This document shows, in pieces, positions 10,601 through 19,812 of a stretch of 64,000 nucleotides of DNA. Location of the stretch: contig OZ257156.1 of assembly GCA_965279375.1 (NCBI GenBank), positions 4,832,001 to 4,896,000 on the forward strand. The letters are read 5' to 3'. The notes below the pieces were generated by a model. That model did not search any database. It was not told the origin of the DNA and saw only the letters and a program-made list of their open reading frames with translations. A program made the position numbers and the translations under genes. Position 1 is the stretch's first letter. Every line of letters starts with the position of its first letter. Source of the stretch: Gemmatimonas sp. Its GTDB lineage: Bacteria; Gemmatimonadota; Gemmatimonadetes; Gemmatimonadales; Gemmatimonadaceae.

Positions 10601-10653
10601 GTGCCCCGGGAGGCTGAGGCATCGAGAGTCTCGGTCAACCGCGGATCAGTCAT
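7615..10653 (-). CDS. CheB methylesterase-CheR methyltransferase-coiled coil-PAS fusion protein
   Basis: CheB GASAGG/IQHLSP/GTGSDG triad, CheR ACSTGEEAYS and DLVSCRNMLIY, heptad repeat (S/T)NEELQ, C-terminal PAS domains. Confidence 0.93.
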   Translation of the reverse strand: MTDPRLTETLDASASRGTAALRPIGVCAIGASAGGLEALQLFFDSAPAQAGIAYVVIQHLSPDYKSLMVELLTRHTTLRVVRAADGERLEPDTVYLNPPKSNLSILDGVLRVEEQPSGAGLHLPIDAFFTSLAASQGENAVGVVLSGTGSDGTRGARELKAEGGLVLVQDPAEAQFDGMPRSVVATGLADQVLSVADMPAIIVQFFARRGAITIAGVSDQPVGTPSQVQRIIAMLRDRIGTDFSGYKPNTIIRRIERRVLMHSGLGWDDYVRLLESSQAELMQLHRDLLINVTRFFRDDDAFRLLESRIIPELLRDLPPDQEVRVWVSACSTGEEAYSIVMLLMEALEERGESRPIRVFATDVDAEAVEFAAAGRYTDSIAADVTPERIARFFTVDGDGYRVSRALRDRVIFARHNLLKDPPLTRMDLVSCRNMLIYLGSDLQRRVIALLAYALRVRGYLFLGSSETVGTLASLFHVVDAKWKVYQALNPGRNTLADALPLRMRRTGQHGLHGGAVTDGVTVLPRAGSLRAAVDDDMLELVLQELTQVLTLRCVILDADFHLIHTFGDVSGLLQVPTGRSTLEIFRLLIKPLASALRTALARISRDRRQVVYEGIEVAPDQPTVTLYVRPLVMGVDRASGYAVFFQSGAPPLAGGVSDSLAADDTSQLRVAQLERELQFTKENLQATIEELETSNEELQATNEELLASNEELQSTNEELQSVNEELQTVNAEFQQKISELIALNDDIENLLRSTGVGTLFVDEKLRIRKFTQAAVNLLNVLPQDEGRPLEHIASKLPGLDLVAMSRKVIATSVAESHELQMPDGTHIHLRVLPYLTREPGAHGAILSVIDVTEVKRGELRLQEVLDSLPASTAVLSADGTIVQTNRAWRRFAESNHAPLAVAVGVGLNYIAAATAAGEPQARAAADGLKSVLDGTRDYFELEYPCHSPTEHRYFRLQATALHAKETRGAIVQQVDISALSRKLKRWHQWAETVDSAGLPGLPSLLSDAVEPE

Positions 10654-10655
10654 GG

Positions 10656-12920
10656 TCAGGCCACGAGGGAGCTGAGAGAGGATGGCGGAGCGTCGAGCAC
10701 GCGTCGCACGCGCGCCAACAAGTCCGCCGGTGTCCACGGCTTGTGCAACACGGGATGATCCGACGGCGCGCGATACTCTTCGCCGGGACCCACGTGACCG
10801 ACGTACCCGGTCACCCAGAGGAGGCGTGCAGTCGGCGTATGGGTGCGCAATGCGTCCAACACCCGTGCGCCGCCGCCATCAGGCATGACCACGTCCGAAA
10901 TGATCAGGTCGAACGGCACATCGGTGCGGCGCTTGTTCTGCTCCAGCAGCAAGGCTGCAGAATTGCCGCTGTCCGCTTCCGTCACGTCATAGCCAGCGCT
11001 TCGCAGCACGCGCGCCGTCAGACGACGAATGGCGGCATCGTCCTCGACCAGCAGCAAGCGCTCCGCTCCGCCGGTGGAGATCACCGGCACGGCACTCGGC
11101 GTGTAGCGTGGCTCCTGCTTGACGTCGGCGATCGGGAATCGCAGCGAGACCGTGGTGCCGCCACCTGGACTGCTCTCCACTGACACGCTTCCGCGCATCT
11201 GCTGCATCAACCCGTACACCATCGACATGCCAAGTCCCGTGCCCTCGCCCGCACGCTTCGTCGTATAGAACGGCTCGAAGATGTGCGAGAGCACGTCGCC
11301 CGCCATGCCGGCACCGGTGTCGGAGACCGTAACGTATACATGGCGCACCACCGCGCCCACCGAGGCGGCACGGCGATCGATGCGCGAGATGTCATCCTCC
11401 TGCACGCTCACGACGACGCGCAGTTCGCCTTCCTCCAGCTGCATTGCGTCGCGCGCATTCGTGGCGAGGTTGAGCAGGATCTGCTGCACGGCGGTGGCGT
11501 CACCGTTCGTGGCGGGAATTGTCCCGTCGACGGAGAAGTGCACGGCCATCCATTCCGGCAACACACGCCTGAGTATGTGGCACAAGTCGCCGATCACGAC
11601 GTCGAGCCGCAGCGGCTCGAGCTGCAGCTGCTCCTGTCGACCGAACGCCATGAGCTTGCGCACCAGATCGGCGCCACGGTTGGCTGCGCGCAGAATGTCC
11701 ACGAGACCGCTATGAATCTCTTCGACCTCCGACGCACCCGGCGACGACAGCAGCACGTCCGCGCTCGCCACGACGACGGTGAGCAGGTTGTTGAAGTCGT
11801 GCGCGATGCCGCCGGTGAGTTGGCCGAGTGCTTCCATCTTCTGTGACTGACGCAGCTGCGCTTCCATCGCGCGCGCCGACGTGACATCGCGCAGCACGGC
11901 GAGATGACGCCCCGGCAGAAAGTTGGCTCGCGCGACGTACTCCACCTCGATACGCGCGCCGTCCGCACGGGCCAGGCGAACGACGCCACGCCCTTCCCCG
12001 CGGTCGCGAACGGCGCGCAGCGCGGCGGTGAGCTCCGTGCGTTGCATCGGATCAACAAGACTGCGAAAGGCACGCCCGACGATTCGCGTCTCGCGCCGCG
12101 CGAACAGCGTCGACGCCGCAGGGTTGGCGGAGACGATGCGTCCGACGTCATCGAAGATCAGGATCGTATCGCTCGCGCCTTCGAATACCGCTCGGAAGTG
12201 GGCCAGTGCCTCGAGTCGTGCGAGTTCGCGCCGATGCACTTCCGATGTCTCGATGTGCTGCACGACTGCGCCCGATTGACCGCCGAGCGCGGACACCGCG
12301 ATGCGATACCAGCGGGTGGCCTCGCCTGTACCTTCGGCGTATTCGCGCTCGAACGCCAGGGAGCGTCGCGACAGAACCTCGCGCACTCCCGCGGCCACGA
12401 GCGCGGCATCTGCGTTGCCGGTCGATGCAGCGCGCTCGCACACGTCGATGTAGTTGGCACCGAAGCCGGCGTGATCGAGACCAACGTCATCGTCGCTCGC
12501 CGCAAGGTGCCACCGCGCATTGCCGGCGAGGATGACGCCGCGTTCGTCGAGAATTGCGAGACTCGATGGGAGCGCATCCAGTACATCTTCGAGCACGTGC
12601 ATGCTCTCCTCGATCGATTCGACCATGTTGCGCTGCACGGTGGAATCCGTCACGCGCACCAGTCGTGCATCGACGCCATCCCAGCGACACCCCGTCCACG
12701 TCGCCGCGAAGACACGTCGACCTCCCATCGTAGACGACACGAACTCGAGGTGCGAGTCCGCCGTCGTCGCGAGGAGTTGCATGATGCGAGGTTCCGCTGG
12801 CAACAACCGTTCGCCGGCGCTGTTGGCGGCGAGCACGCGACCGCTGCCGTCCACAACGAAGTGGGCATCGGGCAAGGCAGCGAGGAGCGGTTGTGACTGC
12901 CGGGATTCCAGCTCCAGCAT
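10656..12920 (-). CDS. Multi-PAS hybrid sensor histidine kinase/response regulator
   Basis: PAS repeats, AHDFNN H-box, NLATNARDAM, DTGAGM, GTGLGM, receiver (LVEDD, ISDVVMP, KPW). Ends 2 bp before the CheBR start. Confidence 0.92.
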   Translation of the reverse strand: MLELESRQSQPLLAALPDAHFVVDGSGRVLAANSAGERLLPAEPRIMQLLATTADSHLEFVSSTMGGRRVFAATWTGCRWDGVDARLVRVTDSTVQRNMVESIEESMHVLEDVLDALPSSLAILDERGVILAGNARWHLAASDDDVGLDHAGFGANYIDVCERAASTGNADAALVAAGVREVLSRRSLAFEREYAEGTGEATRWYRIAVSALGGQSGAVVQHIETSEVHRRELARLEALAHFRAVFEGASDTILIFDDVGRIVSANPAASTLFARRETRIVGRAFRSLVDPMQRTELTAALRAVRDRGEGRGVVRLARADGARIEVEYVARANFLPGRHLAVLRDVTSARAMEAQLRQSQKMEALGQLTGGIAHDFNNLLTVVVASADVLLSSPGASEVEEIHSGLVDILRAANRGADLVRKLMAFGRQEQLQLEPLRLDVVIGDLCHILRRVLPEWMAVHFSVDGTIPATNGDATAVQQILLNLATNARDAMQLEEGELRVVVSVQEDDISRIDRRAASVGAVVRHVYVTVSDTGAGMAGDVLSHIFEPFYTTKRAGEGTGLGMSMVYGLMQQMRGSVSVESSPGGGTTVSLRFPIADVKQEPRYTPSAVPVISTGGAERLLLVEDDAAIRRLTARVLRSAGYDVTEADSGNSAALLLEQNKRRTDVPFDLIISDVVMPDGGGARVLDALRTHTPTARLLWVTGYVGHVGPGEEYRAPSDHPVLHKPWTPADLLARVRRVLDAPPSSLSSLVA

Positions 12921-13110
12921 GAAGGACGGAGGGAGGACTCGTGCCGTTCAGCACAATCGTCGCTGAACACCATGCATTCGGAGAGCTGCGCCAATTCTCG
13001 CGCACACGGAGAAGCGACGCTAGTGCACGTTTAACGCTCAATGTGCGAGGTCGTTCCGTGCAACGCATGCATCCGGAGACACGAACCACCAAAGACTAGG
13101 ACTAGCGGTC

Positions 13111-14682
13111 CTATCTCTTGGCGACGAATGGCACCGTGGAGGGTGCGTGTCGATGCCGTGTCGCTTGCTCGTAACCATATGCAAGCTTGATGAGCGTCGG
13201 CTCACTCCATGCGCGCCCGAAGAACGTCATCCCCGCGGGAAGAACCCCTTCTCGCGTGTATCCCATCGGCACAGTGATCGCCGGGAAGCCCGTCGTGGGC
13301 GAGAAGAGCTGGCTGTTGTCGCCGTGCGGTGTGTTGAGATCGCCGATCAGCCTCGGCGGATTGCTCCACGTCGGGTAGACCAGCGCGTCGAGATGCAGTG
13401 AGTCCATCATCTGCGTGACGGCCACGCGCAACGCCGCGCGTACGCCTTCGCGACTCACACAGCCTGGTGCCGTTTCCGGCGTGTCAGTGCCGGCGACCGC
13501 GTCGCGCAATCGCTGTTCGACCGTCGGGTGATACTTCCGGCTCTTGATGATGTCGTCGAGCGTTTTCACCGGCGCATTCGCACCACGCGCCGCGAAGTAG
13601 CGTTCCAGATCCGCCTTGAAGCGATTGCATCCGCCCTGCTGTCGCCGCTGAATGACGTCGAGAGAGTCGACACGCGCCGGATCGACGATGATCGCGCCGG
13701 CCTTCCTGAGATCTTCGATGGCGCGGACAAAGACGGTGTTCACTTCGGCGTCGAGCGTGGGCCGCTCGTACGCCTGACGGAGAATGCCGATGCGTGCGCC
13801 CTTGAGTCCACCCGGCACGAGCGCCGCACGATAGTCCGGCGCGCGCTTGGCGTCGGCCTGCGCGGTGACCGTATCAGCGGGGTCGCTGCCGGCGACGACA
13901 TTGAACACTTCGACTGCGTCGGCCACCGTGCGGGCCATTGGACCAGCGATGTCGGCGACGGCATTCAGTGGCACCACCCCCGCGCGCGAGGTCAGCCCCA
14001 TCGTGCTGCGGATGCCGACGAGCGCCTGATGCGACGACGGCCCGCGAATGGAATTGCCGGTGTCGCTGCCGAGTCCCACTTCACCGAAGTTGGCAGCGAC
14101 GGCGGCCGCCGTACCGCCGCTCGATCCCGCCGTGACCCGATCGAGCGCGTACGGATTGCGTGAATAGCCGGGAAGGATCGAGCTGACCGTTTCGTACGGT
14201 GTGAACGCCCACTCCGCGAGATTGGATTTGGCGAGCACGATCGCGCCGGCGGCGCGCACGCGGGCCACCATCGTCGCATCCTGCTGCGGGACCCACCCTT
14301 CCAGCGCCAGCGAGCCCGCGGTGGTCTGCAGGTCGCGCGTTTCGAAGTTGTCCTTCACGATCATGGGAATGCAGTGAAGCGCACCAACCGGGCCAGTCGC
14401 CGCGTAGCGCTTGTCGAGCGAGTCGGCGACGGCGAGTGCCTTGGGATTGAGCACCACGAGCGCATTCACCGCCGGCCCACGCTTGTCGTACGCGGCGATG
14501 CGGTCGAGATAGCGCTGCACCAGCGCTCGACAGGTGAGCGTGCGCGCCTTGAACGCCGCATGCACAGCGGCGATCGTCGTCTCTTCCACGCGAAAGCCGC
14601 TCGTGCCGGATGCACGTTGCGCCTGCAACAAAGCGGGTGACAGCACAGCCCACAGCGCCGCCAACGGCAGCAGCGGGCGCAT
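13111..14682 (-). CDS. Secreted amidase-signature family protein
   Basis: Catalytic K in IVKDN, GSSGGTAAAVA, GSDTGNSIRGPSS, N-terminal signal peptide. Confidence 0.92.
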   Translation of the reverse strand: MRPLLPLAALWAVLSPALLQAQRASGTSGFRVEETTIAAVHAAFKARTLTCRALVQRYLDRIAAYDKRGPAVNALVVLNPKALAVADSLDKRYAATGPVGALHCIPMIVKDNFETRDLQTTAGSLALEGWVPQQDATMVARVRAAGAIVLAKSNLAEWAFTPYETVSSILPGYSRNPYALDRVTAGSSGGTAAAVAANFGEVGLGSDTGNSIRGPSSHQALVGIRSTMGLTSRAGVVPLNAVADIAGPMARTVADAVEVFNVVAGSDPADTVTAQADAKRAPDYRAALVPGGLKGARIGILRQAYERPTLDAEVNTVFVRAIEDLRKAGAIIVDPARVDSLDVIQRRQQGGCNRFKADLERYFAARGANAPVKTLDDIIKSRKYHPTVEQRLRDAVAGTDTPETAPGCVSREGVRAALRVAVTQMMDSLHLDALVYPTWSNPPRLIGDLNTPHGDNSQLFSPTTGFPAITVPMGYTREGVLPAGMTFFGRAWSEPTLIKLAYGYEQATRHRHAPSTVPFVAKR

Positions 14683-14958
14683 GCGCGGGCGCACCAGCAC
14701 GCGGCCGGTGTCGCGCGTCGTGCAACGATCGGATGAACTGCGAGTGACGCGCATGGGAGCCCGGGCGAGAGCGTTTTCGAAGACGAACGGTGTGCGGAAA
14801 GGGAGGTCGGCCGCGCGACGGACTGGATCGTTTCGCGCGGTGACGTGCGTTAGGGTATCGTTGCGCGAATGGGATCGCCAGTTGAACCAACGCCGATCTC
14901 CCGTTGCCTGTCCGCTTCTTCACGCGCGCACGTATCTCACACGCTCACACCCGCTGCG

Positions 14959-16287
14959 ATGTCCCTGCTCGACCGCGCGCACTCAGTGGCGCCGCTGGAC
15001 TACGATCGCTGGCGAGTGCCGCCATCCGCGCTGGCCATCCATCTTGCGATCGGTCAGGCGTATGCGTTCAGCGTCTTCAACTTGCCGCTGTCGCGTCTGC
15101 TGGGCGGTGCCGCCGCTGCGCCCGGTGACTGGAGCATCAGTCGCATCGGCTGGGTGTTCAGCACGGCCATCGTGGCGCTCGGGCTCTCTGCCGCACTCTT
15201 TGGTCGATGGCTCGAGCGCGTTGGACCGCGATTGGCGATGACGACGGCGGCGCTCTGCTTTGCTGGCGGGCTGCTCGTCGGCGCGGCTGGTATTGCCACG
15301 CATCAGTTCTGGTTGCTCCTGCTCGGCTACGGCGTACTGGGCGGCATTGGATTGGGCATCGGCTACATCTCGCCTGTGTCCACGCTGCTCAAGTGGTTTC
15401 CCGATCGTCCGGGCATGGCGACTGGACTCGCGATCATGGGCTTTGGTGGTGGTGCGATGATCGCCTCGCCGCTCTCGGTCGCGCTCATGGCGCGATTCAA
15501 GTCCGACACGAGCCCCGGGGTCGCCGAAACATTTGTAGTGCTCGGCGTGCTATATCTGGCCTTGATGCTGTTCGGCGCGTTCACTGTGCGCATTCCGGCA
15601 CCGGGCTGGGCACCGAGCAACGCGAATGCGACCGCCGCGCGCGCCGTGCCGCAGGTCGCGTCGGTGACCGCTCGCGACGCGATTCGCACGGCACCGTTCT
15701 GGCTGCTGTGGATCATGCTGTGCACGAACGTGACGGCGGGGATCGGCGTGCTTGGACAAGCGTCGGCGATGATTCAGGAGACGTTCCCGGGTCGCATCGG
15801 CGTCGAGGCGGCCGCAGGATTCGTCGGCGTGCTCAGTCTCGCCAATCTCAGCGGACGCTTTCTGTGGTCGTCGCTGTCGGACCACATCGGTCGACGCGCC
15901 ACCTATCTCACCTTCTTTGCGTTGGGCACGGCGCTGTACGCATGCATTCCGTCGGCCGGTCGATCGGGGAGCGTGCCGCTCTTTGTCGGCGCGTTCGTCG
16001 TGCTGCTCACGATGTATGGCGGCGGCTTCGCGACGATTCCCGCGTACTTGCGCGATCTGTTTGGCACGCAGGAAGTCGGCGCGATTCACGGGCGACTGCT
16101 CACGGCATGGTCCACCGCCGGCGTGCTCGGCCCCGCGCTCGTGAACTACGTGCGTGAGTATCAACTGGCGAACGGCGTCGCCGAGAGTGAAGCGTACGGC
16201 GTCACGATGTATGTCATGGCGGTGCTGCTCGTGGTCGGGCTGATCGCCTCGCTGCGCTTGCGCAGCTACTCGGGGGCACGCGTATGA
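14959..16287 (+). CDS. MFS transporter, oxalate/formate antiporter (OFA) family
   Basis: IGQAYAFSVFNLPL, KWFPDRPGMATGLAIMGFGGGAMIASP, MYGGGFATIPAYLRDLFG, about 12 hydrophobic segments. Confidence 0.9.
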   Translation: MSLLDRAHSVAPLDYDRWRVPPSALAIHLAIGQAYAFSVFNLPLSRLLGGAAAAPGDWSISRIGWVFSTAIVALGLSAALFGRWLERVGPRLAMTTAALCFAGGLLVGAAGIATHQFWLLLLGYGVLGGIGLGIGYISPVSTLLKWFPDRPGMATGLAIMGFGGGAMIASPLSVALMARFKSDTSPGVAETFVVLGVLYLALMLFGAFTVRIPAPGWAPSNANATAARAVPQVASVTARDAIRTAPFWLLWIMLCTNVTAGIGVLGQASAMIQETFPGRIGVEAAAGFVGVLSLANLSGRFLWSSLSDHIGRRATYLTFFALGTALYACIPSAGRSGSVPLFVGAFVVLLTMYGGGFATIPAYLRDLFGTQEVGAIHGRLLTAWSTAGVLGPALVNYVREYQLANGVAESEAYGVTMYVMAVLLVVGLIASLRLRSYSGARV

Positions 16288-16391
16288 CGCGACGCTGGGG
16301 ACCGCTGATCGCGGCGTGGCTGGTGGTGCTGATCCCCGCGGCGTGGGGAGTCACGCAGACGTTTTTCAAGGCACTCGCGCTCTTTCGGTGA
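16284..16391 (+). CDS. MFS transporter small subunit (35 aa)
   Basis: Below the ORF-track cutoff. MTRRWGPLIAAWLVVLIPAAWGVTQTFFKALALFR, ATGA overlap with the MFS stop. Matches the AWxxVxIPxxWGVxxT peptides that follow OFA-family genes. Confidence 0.85.
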   Translation: MTRRWGPLIAAWLVVLIPAAWGVTQTFFKALALFR

Positions 16392-16558
16392 CGGCCGCAC
16401 CCTAACGCCCGATCGCAACCCCTTTATTCGCAGGGGCTTGAATTTCGTCCCTGAGAGGGTAAGCGTTCCCGCATTGTGACGGCCGACATAGGCTGCGTAT
16501 TGTTGCGCGACGTCGCGTAATGCAGCGGATGTTGGTCTTCTCCGCCGGGAGCGTGCGC

Positions 16559-17635
16559 ATGAAGCAGTCGTCGCCTGAGCCCCAGCCGAACCGCTACACC
16601 GCCATCACCTCCGCCAGCGCCCCGTCGCTCCGCGGCGCATACTCGCCTCCGAGCGAAGTCGCCCCCGCTGCGCTGCAGGAGCTGCGTGACGCAGGATTCG
16701 ATCTGCTCGACACCGTCGCACGTGGCGGATTTGGCGTGGTGTATCGCGCTAGAGAACGCGCACTCGAGCGTGATGTCGCGATCAAGCTGATCGATCATCA
16801 GTCGTCGCAGCGAGCGGGCGCACCGCAACCGATGCAGGAGATCGCGTCGCTCTCGGCGCTGCGCCATCCGAACGTCGTGCCGTTGTATGGCTCGGGCATC
16901 CTGCAGGGTGGCATCGCATATCTGGTGATGCCGTGGATCGACGGGAGTTCGCTGCGGGCACGTCTCGCGCGCGATGTGCAACTCCCGGTCGAGACGGTGC
17001 TGCGCATCGGGATCGAACTGGCCGATGCGCTGGCCGCATTTCACGCGCGCGGTCTCGTGCATCGCGATGTGAAGCCCGAGAATGTCTTGCTCGACGGCGA
17101 ACGCGCGATCCTCATCGACATGGGGCTGGTGTGCGCGAAGCGCGACGCGTTGCCACCGGACGCAGAGGCGGAGCCCTTGATCGGCACCCCGAGCTACATG
17201 AGCCCCGAACAGTGGACGCCGGGCGGTGCCATTGATGGTCGCGTCGACGTGTATGGACTCGGCTGCCTGCTCTACGAATTGCTGACGGGCGCGCTGCGAC
17301 ACGAGCGCAATCCGCTCCGCTCGCGCGCGAAGAACCCGTTCGTGTGGACGGAGAGCGCGCATGCCTCCGATCTGCTGTCGCCTCCGCAGGGCGATCCGTG
17401 GCGCACGCGGCCCAGCCTGCGGCGGCGGCGTCCCGACGCGCCAGTTTCACTCGAGCGCCTACTCTACCGCGCGCTCGATCCGGACCCGGCCAAACGCCTC
17501 TCGTCGGCGCCGGAGTTCAAGCAGGAACTGGAGGCCGTACAGCGCACATTCCTTCGCGCGCCCACCCCGCTGCGCGGCCTGCGCGCACTGCTGCAGGCCG
17601 CGACCAGCATCGGACGTACGGCAGCGCAGGATTAA
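16559..17635 (+). CDS. Eukaryotic-like Ser/Thr protein kinase (stand-alone kinase domain)
   Basis: RGGFGVVY, VAIK, HRDVKPEN, DMG, GTPSYMSPEQ, DVYGLGCLLYELLTG. Alternative start at 16520. Confidence 0.9.
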   Translation: MKQSSPEPQPNRYTAITSASAPSLRGAYSPPSEVAPAALQELRDAGFDLLDTVARGGFGVVYRARERALERDVAIKLIDHQSSQRAGAPQPMQEIASLSALRHPNVVPLYGSGILQGGIAYLVMPWIDGSSLRARLARDVQLPVETVLRIGIELADALAAFHARGLVHRDVKPENVLLDGERAILIDMGLVCAKRDALPPDAEAEPLIGTPSYMSPEQWTPGGAIDGRVDVYGLGCLLYELLTGALRHERNPLRSRAKNPFVWTESAHASDLLSPPQGDPWRTRPSLRRRRPDAPVSLERLLYRALDPDPAKRLSSAPEFKQELEAVQRTFLRAPTPLRGLRALLQAATSIGRTAAQD

Positions 17636-18693
17636 GTCGCTGCCGAGCCCACCGAGTCCCCCACGAGCGGCATCACCTGCTCGGCGAATCGCTCCATCTC
17701 TTCCAGCTGCGGGCTGCTCTGCAGCAACAGCAGGTTGATACCCACCGATTCCAGTTCTCGCACGCGATCGGCGACTTGCTCAGGCGTGCCGACCAATCCC
17801 GCGCGCAAGCCGCGGTTCGAGACCGAGTAGTCCTGCAGCGACAGCCGCTGGTCGAGCTGCGTGTTGCCGATCCAGTCCTGATAGTTGGCGTAGCCCGGTG
17901 ATCCAGGCTGCACGTTGGTGATGCGGTCGAGCTCGCGCTTGGCTTCCGCCTCCGTGTCGCGCACGATCGCGTAGGCCGCCATGCCGAACTGCATCGGGCG
18001 CAGACCCGCGCGTTCGCGACGCGCGCGCATGTCCGCAATCTTCGGCGCAATGCGCTCGGCCGGATCGCCGTGCATCACATACGAATCGCACTGCGTGCTG
18101 ATAAGCGTCTTGGCCGCGTCCGACTCGCCTCCCGCGTACAGCACCGGATGCGGTCGCGACCAGCTGGATACCGGCTTGGGTTCGACGATCAACTCGTCCA
18201 CCTGGTAGTACGCACCCTGATAGCTGAACGACGGCTCGCGCCACGCGCCATGGAGCACGTCGAGCCATTCGGCGGTGCGCGCATAGCGGTTGTCGTGCTC
18301 GTCGAACTGCGACCCGTAGCGACGCGCTTCGTCCTTCCACCACGACGACACCACGTTGAGCGACAGGCGGCCGTTGCTGATCAGGTCGATGTTGGCCGCT
18401 TGCTTGGCCAGCGTGGCTGGATGATGAAACGTGGGGCGCACCGCCACCATCAACTCGAGACGCGACGTGACGGCGGCCAAGGCGGCCGCCGTGGACCACG
18501 CATCGAGCGCTGGCGCCGACACGCCCTTGATGTCGTTCAAGAAGAGTTCGGCGATGAGCGTGAGATCGTAGCCAATCTCCTCACTGCGACGCGCCAGACG
18601 CTGCACGTACGGCCAAGTCGCCTCCATGCCCTCGTCGGGCACATTGCGCAGCCAGCCGCCGAAGATCGGGAGCCAGTAGCCGTAGCGCATCAT
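17632..18693 (-). CDS. LLM-class flavin-dependent monooxygenase (SsuD/SfnG-like)
   Basis: GYWLPIFGGW, LIAELFLND, LELMVAVRP, SNGRLSLNVVSSW, YAGGES, GLVGTPEQVA. Confidence 0.9.
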   Translation of the reverse strand: MMRYGYWLPIFGGWLRNVPDEGMEATWPYVQRLARRSEEIGYDLTLIAELFLNDIKGVSAPALDAWSTAAALAAVTSRLELMVAVRPTFHHPATLAKQAANIDLISNGRLSLNVVSSWWKDEARRYGSQFDEHDNRYARTAEWLDVLHGAWREPSFSYQGAYYQVDELIVEPKPVSSWSRPHPVLYAGGESDAAKTLISTQCDSYVMHGDPAERIAPKIADMRARRERAGLRPMQFGMAAYAIVRDTEAEAKRELDRITNVQPGSPGYANYQDWIGNTQLDQRLSLQDYSVSNRGLRAGLVGTPEQVADRVRELESVGINLLLLQSSPQLEEMERFAEQVMPLVGDSVGSAAT

Positions 18694-19688
18694 CCCGCCG
18701 TCACGAGCGCGCCGACACCCGCCTCCTGCTCCGCCTTCTCGACGCGCGACTGCAGGTAGTCCACCAGCGGCACCCAGGGATCGAAACCGACCACGTTCGG
18801 TGCGTCGGCGACGAAGTTGGACAGCGCGTTGACGTCGTAGAAGTAGTGCTTGCCGTCGCGATCATCCACGAGGAATTCGATGCCGCCCACATCGATGCGC
18901 GCGGCCTTCGAGATGCGCTCCACCTGCGCGATGATCTCCTCCGACGGATGCGCCGCTTCCACACGCATCCCCGACTTGGGTGCGTCGATCGCGCACGCGC
19001 CACCTACCAGCGCGACACCAGACGTCGTCTGGCACGCGTCGGCCGGGCACAGGTCGAACGAATCCTGCGGCGGATAGACGTTGATGGCGTAGAGATACTT
19101 GCCGTTGAGCGTCTCCACGCGGGTGATGTGTCCATTGCGAAGCGGGGCCGCTTCCTGCACGAGCGCCGTGCCGTCCACGCCGAGATCGACCGTGCCTGCA
19201 GCAACGGCGTCGGCGAGCGCTTCGCGTGTCTCGTAGCGCACGATGCCCGCGCCCGATCCACCCACGTTCGCCTTCACCAGCACCGGGAAGCGAAAGCCCT
19301 CGGCGGCATCAAGCGCACGCGACGCACTGTTGATGACCCGCGCCTTGGGGAACGGCAGGCCAAGCTGGCGCAGCAGATCGAGCTGCGTGGCCTTGGAGAG
19401 TTCGAACGTGTACGCATCGGCGCCGTTCACCACGGGGACGCCCAGTCGCTCGAGATGTCGCAACCAGTGCAGCGTGTAGAAGGTGCTCTGCGCATGTCCG
19501 CGCAGATACGCCGACGGGCTGGCGCGATTGAACACCAGCGACCACGGCGTGGAGCGTTCGGCGGGATCGAAGAGATGCGCCGCCGCATCGAGACGCGCAT
19601 ACGGGAGACCGCGGCGATCCAGCTCCGCGAACAATGGGCGGAACCAGTCCGGGTGCTCGTGATAAATGGCAATCGGGAGTGCAGACAT
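18690..19688 (-). CDS. RimK-like ATP-grasp ligase with Cys-rich insert
   Basis: LVFNRASPS, VVNG, SKATQ, VKANVGGSGAGI, LVQE, GGIEF, YDVNALSNF and CPADAC..C motifs. Stop overlaps the LLM start (ATGA). Confidence 0.85.
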   Translation of the reverse strand: MSALPIAIYHEHPDWFRPLFAELDRRGLPYARLDAAAHLFDPAERSTPWSLVFNRASPSAYLRGHAQSTFYTLHWLRHLERLGVPVVNGADAYTFELSKATQLDLLRQLGLPFPKARVINSASRALDAAEGFRFPVLVKANVGGSGAGIVRYETREALADAVAAGTVDLGVDGTALVQEAAPLRNGHITRVETLNGKYLYAINVYPPQDSFDLCPADACQTTSGVALVGGACAIDAPKSGMRVEAAHPSEEIIAQVERISKAARIDVGGIEFLVDDRDGKHYFYDVNALSNFVADAPNVVGFDPWVPLVDYLQSRVEKAEQEAGVGALVTAG

Positions 19689-19725
19689 CCGAACGCTCCA
19701 GCAAAGGGAACGCCGTCCAGACACG

Positions 19726-19754
19726 AAAAAGCCCGGCGACAGAAGCCGCCGGGC
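19726..19754 (-). terminator. Intrinsic terminator in the leader of the ATP-grasp/LLM operon
   Basis: Minus strand GCCCGGCGGC-TTCT-GTCGCCGGGC-TTTTT, about 38 bp upstream of the ATG at 19688. Confidence 0.85.
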
Positions 19755-19757
19755 ATT

Positions 19758-19812
19758 CGCGTTTTAGCTCGTTGTTTTACGTGGCGGCAATAGGCGGCAA
19801 AAGACCACGATC
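19758..19812 (-). promoter_or_regulatory. SAM-II (SAM-alpha)-like riboswitch aptamer
   Basis: Minus strand CGTGG-TCTTTT-GCCGCC-TATTGC-C-GCCACG-TAAAACAACGA-GCTAAAA. It has P1 CGTGG/CCACG, a U-rich L1, UAUUGC, an A-rich linker and GCUAAAA, as in known SAM-II aptamers. Confidence 0.8.
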
